DNA of 63,879 nucleotides, filler included, from Octopus bimaculoides (lineage: Eukaryota), in NCBI RefSeq assembly GCF_001194135.2. It is 5 parts of 5 records of this genome, joined end to end, with 100 filler letters (N's around TTAATTAATTAA, not from the genome) between each part and the next. Parts side by side here need not be neighbours in the genome. Positions count along the whole stretch, not along the records: positions 30,327 to 55,981 come from NC_068996.1; positions 56,082 to 62,542 come from NC_068983.1; positions 62,643 to 63,879 come from NC_069005.1; 2 more parts are not named here. The stretch is one strand, 5' to 3'. Position 1 is the first letter of the stretch; every line of letters starts with the position of its first letter. Positions 49,701-62,694 of the stretch are shown here, piece by piece. The notes under the pieces are model-generated. The model did no database searches, was not told the origin of the DNA, and saw only the letters and a list, made by a program, of their open reading frames with translations. Made by a program: the position numbers and the translations under genes.

Positions 49701-50260
49701 TTTAATGCCTAAGACAAGAACAAAATAGATAGAAGAATGTATGTATGTCTTATTTGTTCGTCCTGCAGTGTATCCAATAATCACCCTCCTCACGAAGCAA
49801 GCTTGATGGGGTTGCATGTTAAGTTGCCGACGACACGACAATTCAAAGGGTGGAAGAGCTGATGAGGAGTCAACAGGCTATCGAACAATATGTGTACATG
49901 TGTATGTAAGCATGTATGTATGACGTGGTATGTATGACTGGGTTGATGTCCAGGTACACAGTTGGCCTACTGGGAGTGGGAGGCCCATCTTTTATCTCTT
50001 GGAGAGGGAAATTCTGAGAGAAAACCAGCGACACTGACAATATTCAGTGATGTGGAATAGTTCTCCTTTTCGAATTTATGTTGTCCATGTTCAGAGAGTG
50101 GGATTGGATTTGTGCAAATCCTTTCCCCACCATAAAAAAAAAATCATAAAAATGGCTGGTCCTATCCTTCGCATGTGTGGGACTTTCGATCAGGTGATGG
50201 CAATACTCGAACATGAGTTTGCAGCCATCATGCATGTATGTATGTTTGTATGTATGTATG

Positions 50261-50294
<34 letters not shown>

Positions 50295-51077
50295 TGTATG
50301 TATGTTTGTATGCATGTATGTATGTATGTATGTATGCATGCATGTATGTATGTATATATGTATGTATGCATGCATGTATGTATGTATGTATGTATGTAAA
50401 TATATGTATGTATGGATGGATGGATGGATAGATGGATGCATGCATGCATGCATGTATGGATGGATGGATGGATGGATGGATGCATGTATGTATGTATGGA
50501 TGTATGTATGAATGTATGTATATNNNNNNNNNNNNNNNNNNNNNNNNNNNNNNNNNNNNNNNNNNNNNNNNNNNNNNNNNNNNNNNNNNNNNNNNNNNNN
50601 NNNNNNNNNNNNNNNNNNNNNNNNNNNNNNNNNNNNNNNNNNNNNNNNNNNNNNNNNNNNNNNNNNNNNNNNNNNNNNNNNNNNNNNNNNNNNNNNNNNN
50701 NNNNNNNNNNNNNNNNNNNNNNNNNNNNNNNNNNNNNNNNNNNNNNNNNNNNNNNNNNNNNNNNNNNNNNNNNNNNNNNNNNNNNNNNNNNNNNNNNNNN
50801 NNNNNNNNNNNNNNNNNNNNNNNNNNNNNNNNNNNNNNNNNNNNNNNNNNNNNNNNNNNNNNNNNNNNNNNNNNNNNNNNNNNNNNNNNNNNNNNNNNNN
50901 NNNNNNNNNNNNNNNNNNNNNNNNNNNNNNNNNNNNNNNNNNNNNNNNNNNNNNNNNNNNNNNNNNNNNNNNNNNNNNNNNNNNNNNNNNNNNNNNNNNN
51001 NNNNNNNNNNNNNNNNNNNNNNNNNNNNNNNNNNNNNNNNNNNNNNNNNNNNNNNNNNNNNNNNNNNNNNNNNNNNA

Positions 51078-51358
51078 CATGTGTACCCTTAACGTAGTTC
51101 TCGGGGATATTCAGCGTGACACAGTGTGTGACAAGGCTGACCCTTTGAATTACAGGCACAACAGAAACAGGAAGAAAGAGTGAGAGAAAGTTGGGGTGAA
51201 AGAGTACAGCAGGTTTCGCCACCATCCCCTGTCGGAGCCTCGTGGAGCTGTAGGTGTTTTCGCTCAATAAACACTCACAACACCCGGTCTGGGAATCGAA
51301 ACCGCGATCCTATGACCGCTAGTCCGCTGCCGTAACCACTGGGCCATTGCGCCTCCAC
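51078..51358 (-). mobile_element. SINE family 3 (runs into a gap)
   Basis: Family 3 sequence. Confidence 0.85.
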
Positions 51359-51448
51359 ATATAAATGTATATAACCTATTATTTCTGTCTATGCCCTTTA
51401 TAAATATATATATATATTAATATATATATTTTATATATTTATGCATAG

Positions 51449-51590
<142 letters not shown>

Positions 51591-53057
51591 TGAGTATCGT
51601 CAAGAAAGAAATAAGCCTTCACTTTTGTAACTCTCGCTCTCAGGAATGTAATGCGATGCTGTGAAACCAAAGAGATTGGCTCTTGGAAATTTTAAGTAAT
51701 GACGCTATTATTCATAAATTGTAATATTAATTAAATAATTAATTGATTAAAAATATGTTTGTTAAAACAAAAGACGGAATCGTAACAGCTGGATGCCTGG
51801 TGGATCAGGAGTGATGGATGAATGAATACTTAAATGACCTCCAAATTTCGAAACGGTGTTGTGTTACCAACAGAAGAAATCAAAATGGTTAGAACATCCA
51901 GAAACAATTCCAATCATTTCGAACGACTGAAGGTGAATGAGTGCTAAAGAAGGGAAAGTGCGTACGAAATGAAAACAAAATAGTAGTAATTAAATAGAAA
52001 ATACATAGAAATAAGGAAAGAAAATGGGGAAAGGAAGCATGAACGGAAGGGGTGAAGGACAAATTATGGAGGAAGGAGAGGGAACTTAGAGAGAAAGAGG
52101 AGAGGATTTTACTGGGGATAAGGAGTTGTTAAATAGCGAGGAGGAAGGTGGAGAGGAAGAGGAGGTGAGTGGAGAGTAGAGAGAGGAGGAGAAGGAGATG
52201 TAGTGGCAAAAAATGAAGAAGGTTGGCTAGGTGGTGCCATGAGAAGGAGTAGAGCTGCAGAATGAGGAGGAGGAGGAGGAGGAGGAGGAGGAAGGAAAGG
52301 AAATGGAGGAGCGGTTGGAAAGAACGGGGATGAAGAGAGAGATAAATGTGTAGGAGTATAACGGTAAGATCGGCAGAATGAGGAACGATAATGTCGGGTG
52401 GGGNNNNNNNNNNNNNNNNNNNNNNNNNNNNNNNNNNNNNNNNNNNNNNNNNNNNNNNNNNNNNNNNNNNNNNNNNNNNNNNNNNNNNNNNNNNNNNNNN
52501 NNNNNNNNNNNNNNNNNNNNNNNNNNNNNNNNNNNNNNNNNNNNNNNNNNNNNNNNNNNNNNNNNNNNNNNNNNNNNNNNNNNNNNNNNNNNNNNNNNNN
52601 NNNNNNNNNNNNNNNNNNNNNNNNNNNNNNNNNNNNNNNNNNNNNNNNNNNNNNNNNNNNNNNNNNNNNNNNNNNNNNNNNNNNNNNNNNNNNNNNNNNN
52701 NNNNNNNNNNNNNNNNNNNNNNNNNNNNNNNNNNNNNNNNNNNNNNNNNNNNNNNNNNNNNNNNNNNNNNNNNNNNNNNNNNNNNNNNNNNNNNNNNNNN
52801 NNNNNNNNNNNNNNNNNNNNNNNNNNNNNNNNNNNNNNNNNNNNNNNNNNNNNNNNNNNNNNNNNNNNNNNNNNNNNNNNNNNNNNNNNNNNNNNNNNNN
52901 NNNNNNNNNNNNNNNNNNNNNNNNNNNNNNNNNNNNNNNNNNNNNNNNNNNNNNNNNNNNNNNNNNNNNNNNNNNNNNNNNNNNNNNNNNNNNNNNNNNN
53001 NNNNNNNNNNNNNNNNNNNNNNNNNNNNNNNNNNNNNNNNNNNNNNNNNNNNNNNNN

Positions 53058-53275
53058 TGGAGGACGAGGAGGACGACGACGAGGAGGACGACGACGAGGA
53101 GGACGACGACGAGGAGGAGGAGGAGGAGGAAGACGTGGAGGAGGAGGAAGACGTGGAGGAGGAGGAAGACGTGGAGGAGGAGGAAGACGTGGAGGACGAG
53201 GAGGAGGAGGAGGTCGACGACGACGAGGAGGAGAACGAGGAGGAGGAAGACGTGGAGGACGAGGACGAGGATAGC
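53058..53275. repeat. GAG/GAC-rich low-complexity repeat
   Basis: gaggaggacgacgac and gaggaggaagacgtg units next to a gap. Confidence 0.8.
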
Positions 53276-53527
53276 AGAAATGGGGAGAGAGAAAAAGAAG
53301 CATGTAAAATGGATTACAGCCACTGAACAAGAGAAAAAAACGTTATTTACATGCAAAATAAATTTAAATAAAATAATCATAATAAAGAATAGAATAGAAT
53401 ATATATCTTTCATTTTTTTTGTGTGTGTGTGTTGGCTGAGTGTTGAAACTTTTGGATAAAATAAGAGTCGAAACCGAAGAAGGCACGGCGGCAAATATTT
53501 GGTGGCAAGAATTTCACATATTCTTTT

Positions 53528-53673
53528 ATTCTTTTATCTGTTCTATATTTAAGAGAAGAGGAATTATTTACATTATTTACATTATTTACATTTGACGGAT
53601 ATTTGTCCTTATCTTGTTTGTTGTTAACACAACGTTTCGACTGATATACCCTCCAGCCTTATTATTACTAATA

Positions 53674-53704
<31 letters not shown>

Positions 53705-53868
53705 TATAATAATAGTAACATCGTTAGGAATGAGAACCCAGGTTCGAAATTTCCCCAAAACACCTAATGAAGGCTGGAGGGTATATCAGCCGAAACGGGT
53801 TAATAACAAACAAAATGAGGACAAATATCCGTCAAATGTAAATAATGTAAATAATTCTTTTATCTGTT
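53528..53868. mobile_element. Family D head-to-head inverted pair around a (TAA)n spacer, inside a 15-bp target duplication
   Basis: Direct repeat attcttttatctgtt (53528-53542, 53854-53868); D on - at 53543-53660, D on + at 53726-53853. Confidence 0.85.
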
Positions 53869-54134
53869 TCAGTCTTTTTCGACTGCGGCCATGCTGGAGC
53901 AACGCCTTGGAGTGTTTGAGTCGAATAAATCGACCCCAGTACTTATTCGTTGTAAGCCTAGTACTTATTCTATCGGTATCTGTTTGTCGAAGCGCTAAGA
54001 AACGGGGACGTAAACACATCAACAACGGTTGTCAAGTCGAGGTGGGAGGTACAAACACAGACACAAAGACACACATATGCACACACACACATGCACACGC
54101 ACTCTTTCTCTGTCTGTCTGTCTGTCTGTCTCTG

Positions 54135-54187
<53 letters not shown>

Positions 54188-54350
54188 TATATACATACGA
54201 TGGGCTTCTTTCAGTTTCCATCTACCAAATCCATTCACAATGCTTTGGTTGACCCGAGGTGATAGTAGAAGACACTTGCCCAAGGTGCCTCGTAGTGGGA
54301 CTGAACCCGGGACCATGTGGTTGGGAAGCAAGCTGCTTACCACGCTTTTG
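53860..54350 (-). mobile_element. SINE family 1 (its 3' tail is the target of the family D pair)
   Basis: Family 1 sequence with an expanded internal microsatellite. Confidence 0.85.
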
Positions 54351-54549
54351 CACCAATGTCAGTAATACATTTTTACTTCCATGTAAACCAATCATGTTTG
54401 CTTTGGTTTGTTCCCATTAGCGTTCGTATACAGTGATTGCTTGATCGATACATTGATTGGTTACTTGCCAGAGTTCATTATTAGCAAGGAGAGATTTGGT
54501 ATTTAACCAATAAGTAAAAAAAAAAAGAAAAAAATTGATATCACATAGC

Positions 54550-54627
<78 letters not shown>

Positions 54628-55403
54628 GGTGGTGGTGGTNNNNNNNNNNNNNNNNNNNNNNNNNNNNNNNNNNNNNNNNNNNNNNNNNNNNNNNNNNNNN
54701 NNNNNNNNNNNNNNNNNNNNNNNNNNNNNNNNNNNNNNNNNNNNNNNNNNNNNNNNNNNNNNNNNNNNNNNNNNNNNNNNNNNNNNNNNNNNNNNNNNNN
54801 NNNNNNNNNNNNNNNNNNNNNNNNNNNNNNNNNNNNNNNNNNNNNNNNNNNNNNNNNNNNNNNNNNNNNNNNNNNNNNNNNNNNNNNNNNNNNNNNNNNN
54901 NNNNNNNNNNNNNNNNNNNNNNNNNNNNNNNNNNNNNNNNNNNNNNNNNNNNNNNNNNNNNNNNNNNNNNNNNNNNNNNNNNNNNNNNNNNNNNNNNNNN
55001 NNNNNNNNNNNNNNNNNNNNNNNNNNNNNNNNNNNNNNNNNNNNNNNNNNNNNNNNNNNNNNNNNNNNNNNNNNNNNNNNNNNNNNNNNNNNNNNNNNNN
55101 NNNNNNNNNNNNNNNNNNNNNNNNNNNNNNNNNNNNNNNNNNNNNNNNNNNNNNNNNNNNNNNNNNNNNNNNNNNNNNNNNNNNNNNNNNNNNNNNNNNN
55201 NNNNNNNNNNNNNNNNNNNNNNNNNNNNNNNNNNNNNNNNNNNNNNNNNNNNNNNNNNNNNNNNNNNNNNNNNNNNNNNNNNNNNNNNNNNNNNNNNNNN
55301 NNNNNNNNNNNNNNNNNNNNNNNNNNNNNNNNNNNNNNNNNNNNNNNNNNNNNNNNNNNNNNNNNNNNNNNNNNNNNNNNNNNNNNNNNNNNNNNNNNNN
55401 NNN

Positions 55404-55442
<39 letters not shown>

Positions 55443-55707
55443 CATACATACAAACAAATATGCATGTGCATATATATATGTATGTGTTTATATATGTATA
55501 TATGTACAAGCATGCATATATATTTTGTTGCAGGTGTGTTTGATGAAATTAATTAGTAATTTTATAGGTTTTGTGCTAGATTTCAATGCTAGTTTGAGAG
55601 ATTATATTATAGTATATTATGCGTACGTGCGTGCACGTGTGTGTGTATAAATATGTATATACATATACGTACCTGTGTATATGCATATATGTACGTACCT
55701 GTCTATT

Positions 55708-55764
<57 letters not shown>

Positions 55765-56109
55765 ACATCTATATGCATATTTGTGTATGTGTGTACATAT
55801 ATATATATATGTATGTATGTATGTGTGTGTGTGTGTGTGTATGTATATGTATATACATACCAGCATTTATGCATATATCTACGTACCTATGTATTTATAA
55901 ATACATATGTCTGTGTATTTGTGTGTGTGTGATCGCGCATATAAATACATATATGTATATACATATATATATATATATATANNNNNNNNNNNNNNNNNNN
56001 NNNNNNNNNNNNNNNNNNNNNNNNNTTAATTAATTAANNNNNNNNNNNNNNNNNNNNNNNNNNNNNNNNNNNNNNNNNNNNCTATGATTATGATTATTAT
56101 TATTATTAT

Positions 56110-56346
56110 TGTTCAGTAGTTTTATTTTTATAACGTGCTTTCACTTCACTACCGAGCGCAGCTCTGTGTGCCTTGGGTATGTGCTGTGGTTTGCTGTGAT
56201 GCTCTTATGGTTACTGTTTTGAAAGTGTTTTGCGTAGGATGTATGCAGTGCCCAGTAGTGCAATTTTCTGTATGTTGTATATACTTGTAAGTCCTGCTGT
56301 TTTTGTTATGTATTTGTCTGAATATTTTTTTATCATACCTAAGGCG

Positions 56347-56347
<1 letters not shown>
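56110..56347 (-). mobile_element. Second R4/Dong 3' fragment between two (TAA)n runs
   Basis: ALGMIKKYSDKYITKTAGLTSIYNIQKIALLGTAYILRKTLSKQ* (stop 56211-56213) plus 3' UTR. Confidence 0.8.
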
Positions 56348-56401
<54 letters not shown>

Positions 56402-56599
56402 GTAACTTATCAACTAATTAATGAAACTGTTGTAGCATTATTATTAACATTTAGTTCCATTTAAAAAACCTAATCTAATTTGTCTTTTGTAATATTCCTT
56501 GTTTGTTATTTGTTCCATTTCTGTGACGTGACACTGCCTCATTGATTAATAACTCTTTGTATTGCAAGAGCTGTTTCGGTTAATAGGCTCCAGCATTGG

Positions 56600-56906
56600 T
56601 TAAAAAAAGTCAAACTTACTATCTTTAAATCGCTTTTTGTACTTACCCTTAATTATGGTCATGAATGCTGGTTAATGACCGGAAGAGTGTGATGATGAAT
56701 GCTAGTCACCGAACTTGGATATCTCCAAAGGATCTCTGAAGTAAAGTTACTCGACATCGTGGCGATCAAGGAGTCTCTTCAGGTCGAACCTCTACTTCTC
56801 CGTATCGAGAGGTCACAGTTTCTGTACTGTGGACATGTGATTAGAATGTTGCAGGAAAGAATCGCAACACGAATTATTCGAGCCGAGCCAAAGGAAACCT
56901 AGGGCA
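56600..56906 (+). mobile_element. RTE-clade LINE fragment (different family from 599-1036)
   Basis: KLTIFKSLFVLTLNYGHECWLMT...IKESLQVEPLLLRIERSQFLYCGHVIRM. Confidence 0.8.
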
Positions 56907-57193
56907 GATCAAGAGCACAACGACTGCTCCCAATCTTGGGTGAAGCACAATGACTGCTCCCAATCTTTCACTCGTTATACTCTTTCTAATTCACTTAACA
57001 ACCACTTGAGAATGTTATTATAACTGTAACTTTATTATTGAGTGAGAGAGCAGTACATGCCATCAAAGTGACCCTTGGGTAAAATATACAAAGCCTAATA
57101 TACCCATCATGACTACCCGTCTGATAAGGGTACACCAGGCACATGCATCACAACCATATGTGCGTGACATGGTGATCTCATATCAAGATAAAC

Positions 57194-57262
<69 letters not shown>

Positions 57263-58072
57263 GAAGACGGCAAGCTGGCAGAATCGTTAGATAGTTGGAG
57301 AATATGCATAGTCTCAGATGGTAACGCTTTGGAATGCAGCTGGTAAGTGCACTGACGGTTACTTTATAGCTAGAAGAATTGGAATATTTCACCAGTGTGA
57401 ACATTTTTCTTTTCCATTTGACTTATAAAAGCAGGATTTGCTGAGAATGTTTGGGGTTTATTTTCTCTAACGTAAGCGAGGGAGGTGAGTCATTTAATGA
57501 TTTGGTTTCTTCGATCATTTATAACTATTAGCATCTACAACAACAACAACAACAGCAGCGACAGCGACAAAAGGATAACCCTCCTTCAACATGCAGAAAA
57601 TAAAATAAAAAATTTGTTAAAGACAGACATATGCAACCAAACAAAGCAAAAACGAAAATCGTTTCTTTTGCACATAAAAACATTTGAGAAAAAATTTATT
57701 GACATAATGAACTAAAAAAATAAAATGAATTTATTATAAATAAGCACACACTCATACACACACGCACACGCACGCACACATGCAAGTTTCATTGAGTGAA
57801 GGGGATGTCATATCTGGAACGTCTTATCTGTCTTCGTTTTCAAACGGCAGCAGTAATAATCTCGATTTGTTACGTCGTTATGTTCGTATAAATGAAGACA
57901 ATATGGTGAAGATATTTAACTTAGCACCATGCTATTTTTACTGACCACGTTATTAAGGAGCGTGGAAGGGAAAAGATTATTAACATCTCTCTTGCTAGGA
58001 ACTCAGGATCTTCACTTATACCACTGAAACAACAGCTGCTAGTAACACAAGCCGACATTTAAAAGAACATAT

Positions 58073-58497
58073 GGGCGCAGGCGTGGCTGTGTAGTAAGAA
58101 GCTTGCTTCTCAACAATCAGGTTCCATGTTCAGTCCCACATCATGGCGCCTTGGGCATATGCATTCTATTATTGCCTAGAGTCGACCAAAGCCTTGTGAA
58201 TGAATTTGGTGGGGGGGAAACTGAAATAAGTCCGTCGTATATATGTATATATATATATGTGTGCGTGTGCGTATGGGTATATGTATGTGCTTGTCCCCAC
58301 CACCGCTTGACAAACGGCGTTGGTGTTTTTACCACTCCGTAACCCAGCGGTTCGGCAATAGCGACCGATAGAATAAATACCAGACTCTTAAAAAATAAAT
58401 AAGTACAAAAAATAAGTTTCGTTCGAGTAAAATTATTCAAGGCGATGTTCCAGTATGGCCGCCGTCTGAAACAAAAAAGGAAAAATAATAAGTAAAA
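58073..58497 (+). mobile_element. SINE family 1 (diverged)
   Basis: gggcgcaggcgtggctgtgtagtaagaagc...gtctgaaacaaaaaagg. Confidence 0.8.
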
Positions 58498-59301
58498 GAC
58501 ATCAGCTTCAACGGGCGTATCTGGCGGACGTAGGTCGTTTGTCCATTTTACCTTGCTCAGAAGTTGCTAAACGAGTCTCCACTACGACGACTGATGAGCT
58601 CACAAAGCTGCAAAGGTGCACACTCCCAACCCTTGCCAGCGGTTTTTCAACTGTGTGTGGACGGGAACTGTAAACGTTTTCCATCTTTTAATATCTATTT
58701 AAATCATGAGTGGTACTAATTATTNNNNNNNNNNNNNNNNNNNNNNNNNNNNNNNNNNNNNNNNNNNNNNNNNNNNNNNNNNNNNNNNNNNNNNNNNNNN
58801 NNNNNNNNNNNNNNNNNNNNNNNNNNNNNNNNNNNNNNNNNNNNNNNNNNNNNNNNNNNNNNNNNNNNNNNNNNNNNNNNNNNNNNNNNNNNNNNNNNNN
58901 NNNNNNNNNNNNNNNNNNNNNNNNNNNNNNNNNNNNNNNNNNNNNNNNNNNNNNNNNNNNNNNNNNNNNNNNNNNNNNNNNNNNNNNNNNNNNNNNNNNN
59001 NNNNNNNNNNNNNNNNNNNNNNNNNNNNNNNNNNNNNNNNNNNNNNNNNNNNNNNNNNNNNNNNNNNNNNNNNNNNNNNNNNNNNNNNNNNNNNNNNNNN
59101 NNNNNNNNNNNNNNNNNNNNNNNNNNNNNNNNNNNNNNNNNNNNNNNNNNNNNNNNNNNNNNNNNNNNNNNNNNNNNNNNNNNNNNNNNNNNNNNNNNNN
59201 NNNNNNNNNNNNNNNNNNNNNNNNNNNNNNNNNNNNNNNNNNNNNNNNNNNNNNNNNNNNNNNNNNNNNNNNNNNNNNNNNNNNNNNNNNNNNNNNNNNN
59301 N

Positions 59302-59380
59302 TTTAGCAAGAGGATGCGTTCGGATTTTTAACAAGAGGATGCGTTCGGATTTTTAACAAGAGGATGCGTTCGGATTTTAG
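59302..59380. repeat. 25-bp tandem repeat (at least 3 copies, continuing into a gap)
   Basis: aacaagaggatgcgttcggattttt; caagagg at 59307, 59332 and 59357. Confidence 0.9.
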
Positions 59381-60107
59381 GTCCATTAAAAAAAATATAT
59401 TGCCGTCTAGATCCAGTGCCGCGTATACAACCTACAATACGCCTGCAACTTGTACTGGGATAGATAGGGTGGGAGCACAAAGGATGCGTGTCCCAGAACC
59501 CTAAGCGGCTCCAGGAGGAAACAGCTGTTAATAATTATTAAAATATTTCGTTTAAGAACGAGAAAAAAGATGTAAAATAATAGAAAAACAGAACGACAAA
59601 ATCGGTTGTGGTTAGATAAAATGAGAGTGTAAGAAAAAGAGATGGGAAATATATAAGGAAGCAGTAATGCGTTTGATATCTAGCACGTAATTGTGACGTC
59701 AGATAGACCACCATCACCGATCTGATGGAAAACCCCGCACTACAACTCTTCGTTCCACCGCCATCATTAGTAACGCTAGTAAGTACTTCTATAATCTTTC
59801 TCTCTCTCTCACTCGCTCGCTTTCTTTCCATTTCTCTCTCGGTACAGGCATCGACAGTTACAGTAGTAGAAGCGGACAGAGATTCAAAAACAGTTTTGCT
59901 ATAAGAAACACACGTAAAAACTATCACCGTTAGGAACAGCAATGCCAATAGTATTGACGGCTGGGTTTAATGTGTGTATGTGCGTGTGTGTGAGTGTGTG
60001 TGCTTGTGTGTGTGTATGTGTGTTTGTGTGTGTTTGTGTGTGTCTCCGTGTGTGTGTGTTTGTGTGTGTGTGTGTGTTTGTGTGTGTCTGTGTGTGTGTG
60101 AGCAGGT

Positions 60108-61826
60108 AGAAAGAATCGTTAGTGCGTTCGACAAAATGTTAAGCAGCACCATTGCCTCTTTACGTTCTGAGTTCAAATCGCGCCGAGGTCGACTTTGCCT
60201 TTTATGTTTTCGGGTTCATTAAAATAAATACCAGCTGAGCACTGGGGTCGATGCAACCGATTTACCTCTTCCCCGAAATTTTTCAGGTCGCCTGCTCATA
60301 ATAAAAAGAAGGCGGAGAGCTGGCAGAGTCGTTAGCAGGCTGGACGAAATGCTTAGTGGTATTTCGTCCGTTGCTATGTTCTGAGTTCAAACTCCACCGA
60401 GGTCGACTTTGTCTTTCATTCTTTCGGGGGTCGATAAATTAAGTACCAGTGAAAAATTGGAGTCCATGTAATCGACTAGTCCCCTCCCCACAAATTTGAG
60501 GCCTTGTGCTTCCAGCAGAAAGGTTTATTCGGGCTCTTTAACGTTCTGAGTTCAAATCCCGCTGAGGTTGACATTGCTGTTCATAATTTCGAGTTGATGG
60601 CATAAAGTTTCCGTCGAACTCCGTGGTCTACGTAATCGATTAACCCTCCCCTTTAAAAACTAGCAACCCTGTGCCAAAATTTGAAACAATCACTATTTGA
60701 GCAGTGAAGGGCGGTGAGCTAGCAGAATCATTTATAGGTGAGATAAAATGCTTTATGTTCAGCCGAGGTTGACTTTGCCTTTCATCATTTCGGCGTCGAT
60801 TAATTAAGTACTGTTTGATTATTGAGATCGAAGTAATCGACTAGCCACTTCGCCAAAATTTATGGCCTTGTACCTATTGTGAAAAGTATTACTTGGGCAA
60901 CGTATTGGCGCAATGGCCCAGTGGTTAAGGCAGCGGACTCGCGGTTTCAATTCCCAGACCCGGCGTTGTGGGTTTTATTGAGCTCGGCAGGGGGTGATGG
61001 CGAGCCCTGCTGTACTCTTTCACAATTAATTTCTCTCGCACTTTCTTCCTGTTTCTGTTGTACCTATATTTCAAAGGAGTCAGCCTTGTCACACTCTGTG
61101 TCACGCTGAATCTCCCCAAGAACTACGTTAAGGGTACACGTGTCTGTGGAGTGCTCAGCCACTTGCACGTTAATTTCACAAGCAGGCTGAACCCTCGTGG
61201 TCGTAACCGACGGAGTGCCACAACTTGGGCAACGAACTGGCAGAATCGCTAGCGCGTCGGACAAAATATTGAGCAACCTTTTTTCCGTCTCTGAGTTCAA
61301 ATCTCCACCGAAGCCGACTTTGTCTTTCATCTCTTCACGGTCGATAAAATAAGTATCAGTTTAGTACTGGGGTTTATTTAAATTCCTGGCCTTCTCCACC
61401 AAAATTTCAGTCCTTGTGCCTACAGAAGAAAGAGAAAAATAAAGATATTACGCAGTGACATGGCTGAGTCTAAGGATTTTCCATCAGGAAAATACTTAGC
61501 AGCGTTTTTTATACTCTCTACATTCTGAGTTCGAATTCAACCGAGGTCGACTTTGCCTTTCATCCTTTCGGAGTCGATTAAATAAGTACCAATCGAACAT
61601 TGGAGTCGATATAATCGACTAGCCCCACTCCGCAAATTTCAGGACTTGTGCCTATAGTAGAAAGGATTTCGTCCGACTCCAAGTTGAGTTCAAATTCTGC
61701 CGAGGTCATCATTTCCTGTGGTCTAATCGGGGTCGATAATATAAGTATCCGTGGAATACTGAAGTCGATATAATCGACGATCTCCTTCCCACGTAAATTG
61801 CTGGCCTTGTGTCAAAATTTGAAACC
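60108..61826 (+). mobile_element. Head-to-tail cluster of 7 SINE family 2 copies
   Basis: The ttctgagttcaaat...gaggtcgactttg...gtcgat...aatcga...ccttgtg block recurs near 60108, 60310, 60526, 60709, 61227, 61460 and 61666. Confidence 0.85.
60903..61222 (+). mobile_element. SINE family 3 inserted into the head of a family 2 copy
   Basis: 12-bp direct repeat acttgggcaacg at 60891-60902 and 61223-61234. Confidence 0.88.
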
Positions 61827-62243
61827 GATTATTTGTCTGACACTTCTGCGATGCACTTTCGTAATTGCTTTTGTTTCATTGGTATAAGGTTTATCTTCCC
61901 ATCAACTTCATCAAGTGGCACTTGAAATAAAGGGCCTGCGTGAAAGGAAAAGAAGATGCTCGACCCTACAGCGTGTCTTATGAACGGTTGGTGGGAGTGG
62001 CAGAAGGGTTTCGGTAAGGACGTTGATGCTTCATATTCACTAGGGACGGAGCGCAGAGAACAGGTGCCCGCAGCAGGGGGTGGTGCTGGGGTTTGGGTGT
62101 GTTCTACACTCCATAAGTTCATATCACTCAATTTGAAAGAATTAAGATCTTCACCATGTTTTTATGTAATTCTCTATTTTGTATTCTTTCTTTTCTCTCT
62201 TTCATACACTCTCTCTCTTTCTTTCTATCTCTCTCTCTCTCTT

Positions 62244-62280
<37 letters not shown>

Positions 62281-62642
62281 CACACACACACGCACAAACA
62301 CAATTTATCTCTTGTTATAAACACATACACACACATATGGAAAACAAGCCTCAACTCAGTCCATCTATTCGACTTTACATTTATTTCTGTATTACCTGCA
62401 GGGGGTTAAACATAGAGGGGACAAACGAGGACAGACAAAGGTAATTGATTCCAATATATGCGATTATAAGTCGAAAAGTAACGTAAAACAAAGAAGCATT
62501 AAAAACTCTTTTAGCTTATATCTGTTTAGCGAATAGCTTCTANNNNNNNNNNNNNNNNNNNNNNNNNNNNNNNNNNNNNNNNNNNNTTAATTAATTAANN
62601 NNNNNNNNNNNNNNNNNNNNNNNNNNNNNNNNNNNNNNNNNN

Positions 62643-62694
<52 letters not shown>

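Noticed and set aside
53058-53326. Acidic poly-E/D ORF
   Set aside because: Simple GAG/GAC repeat open in several frames, with no splice context or domain.
58590-58620. CUGAUGA-GCUC motif; also 49858, 36684 and 59497-59530
   Set aside because: No properly placed GAAA or no stem I; cannot be distinguished from chance or very old relics.
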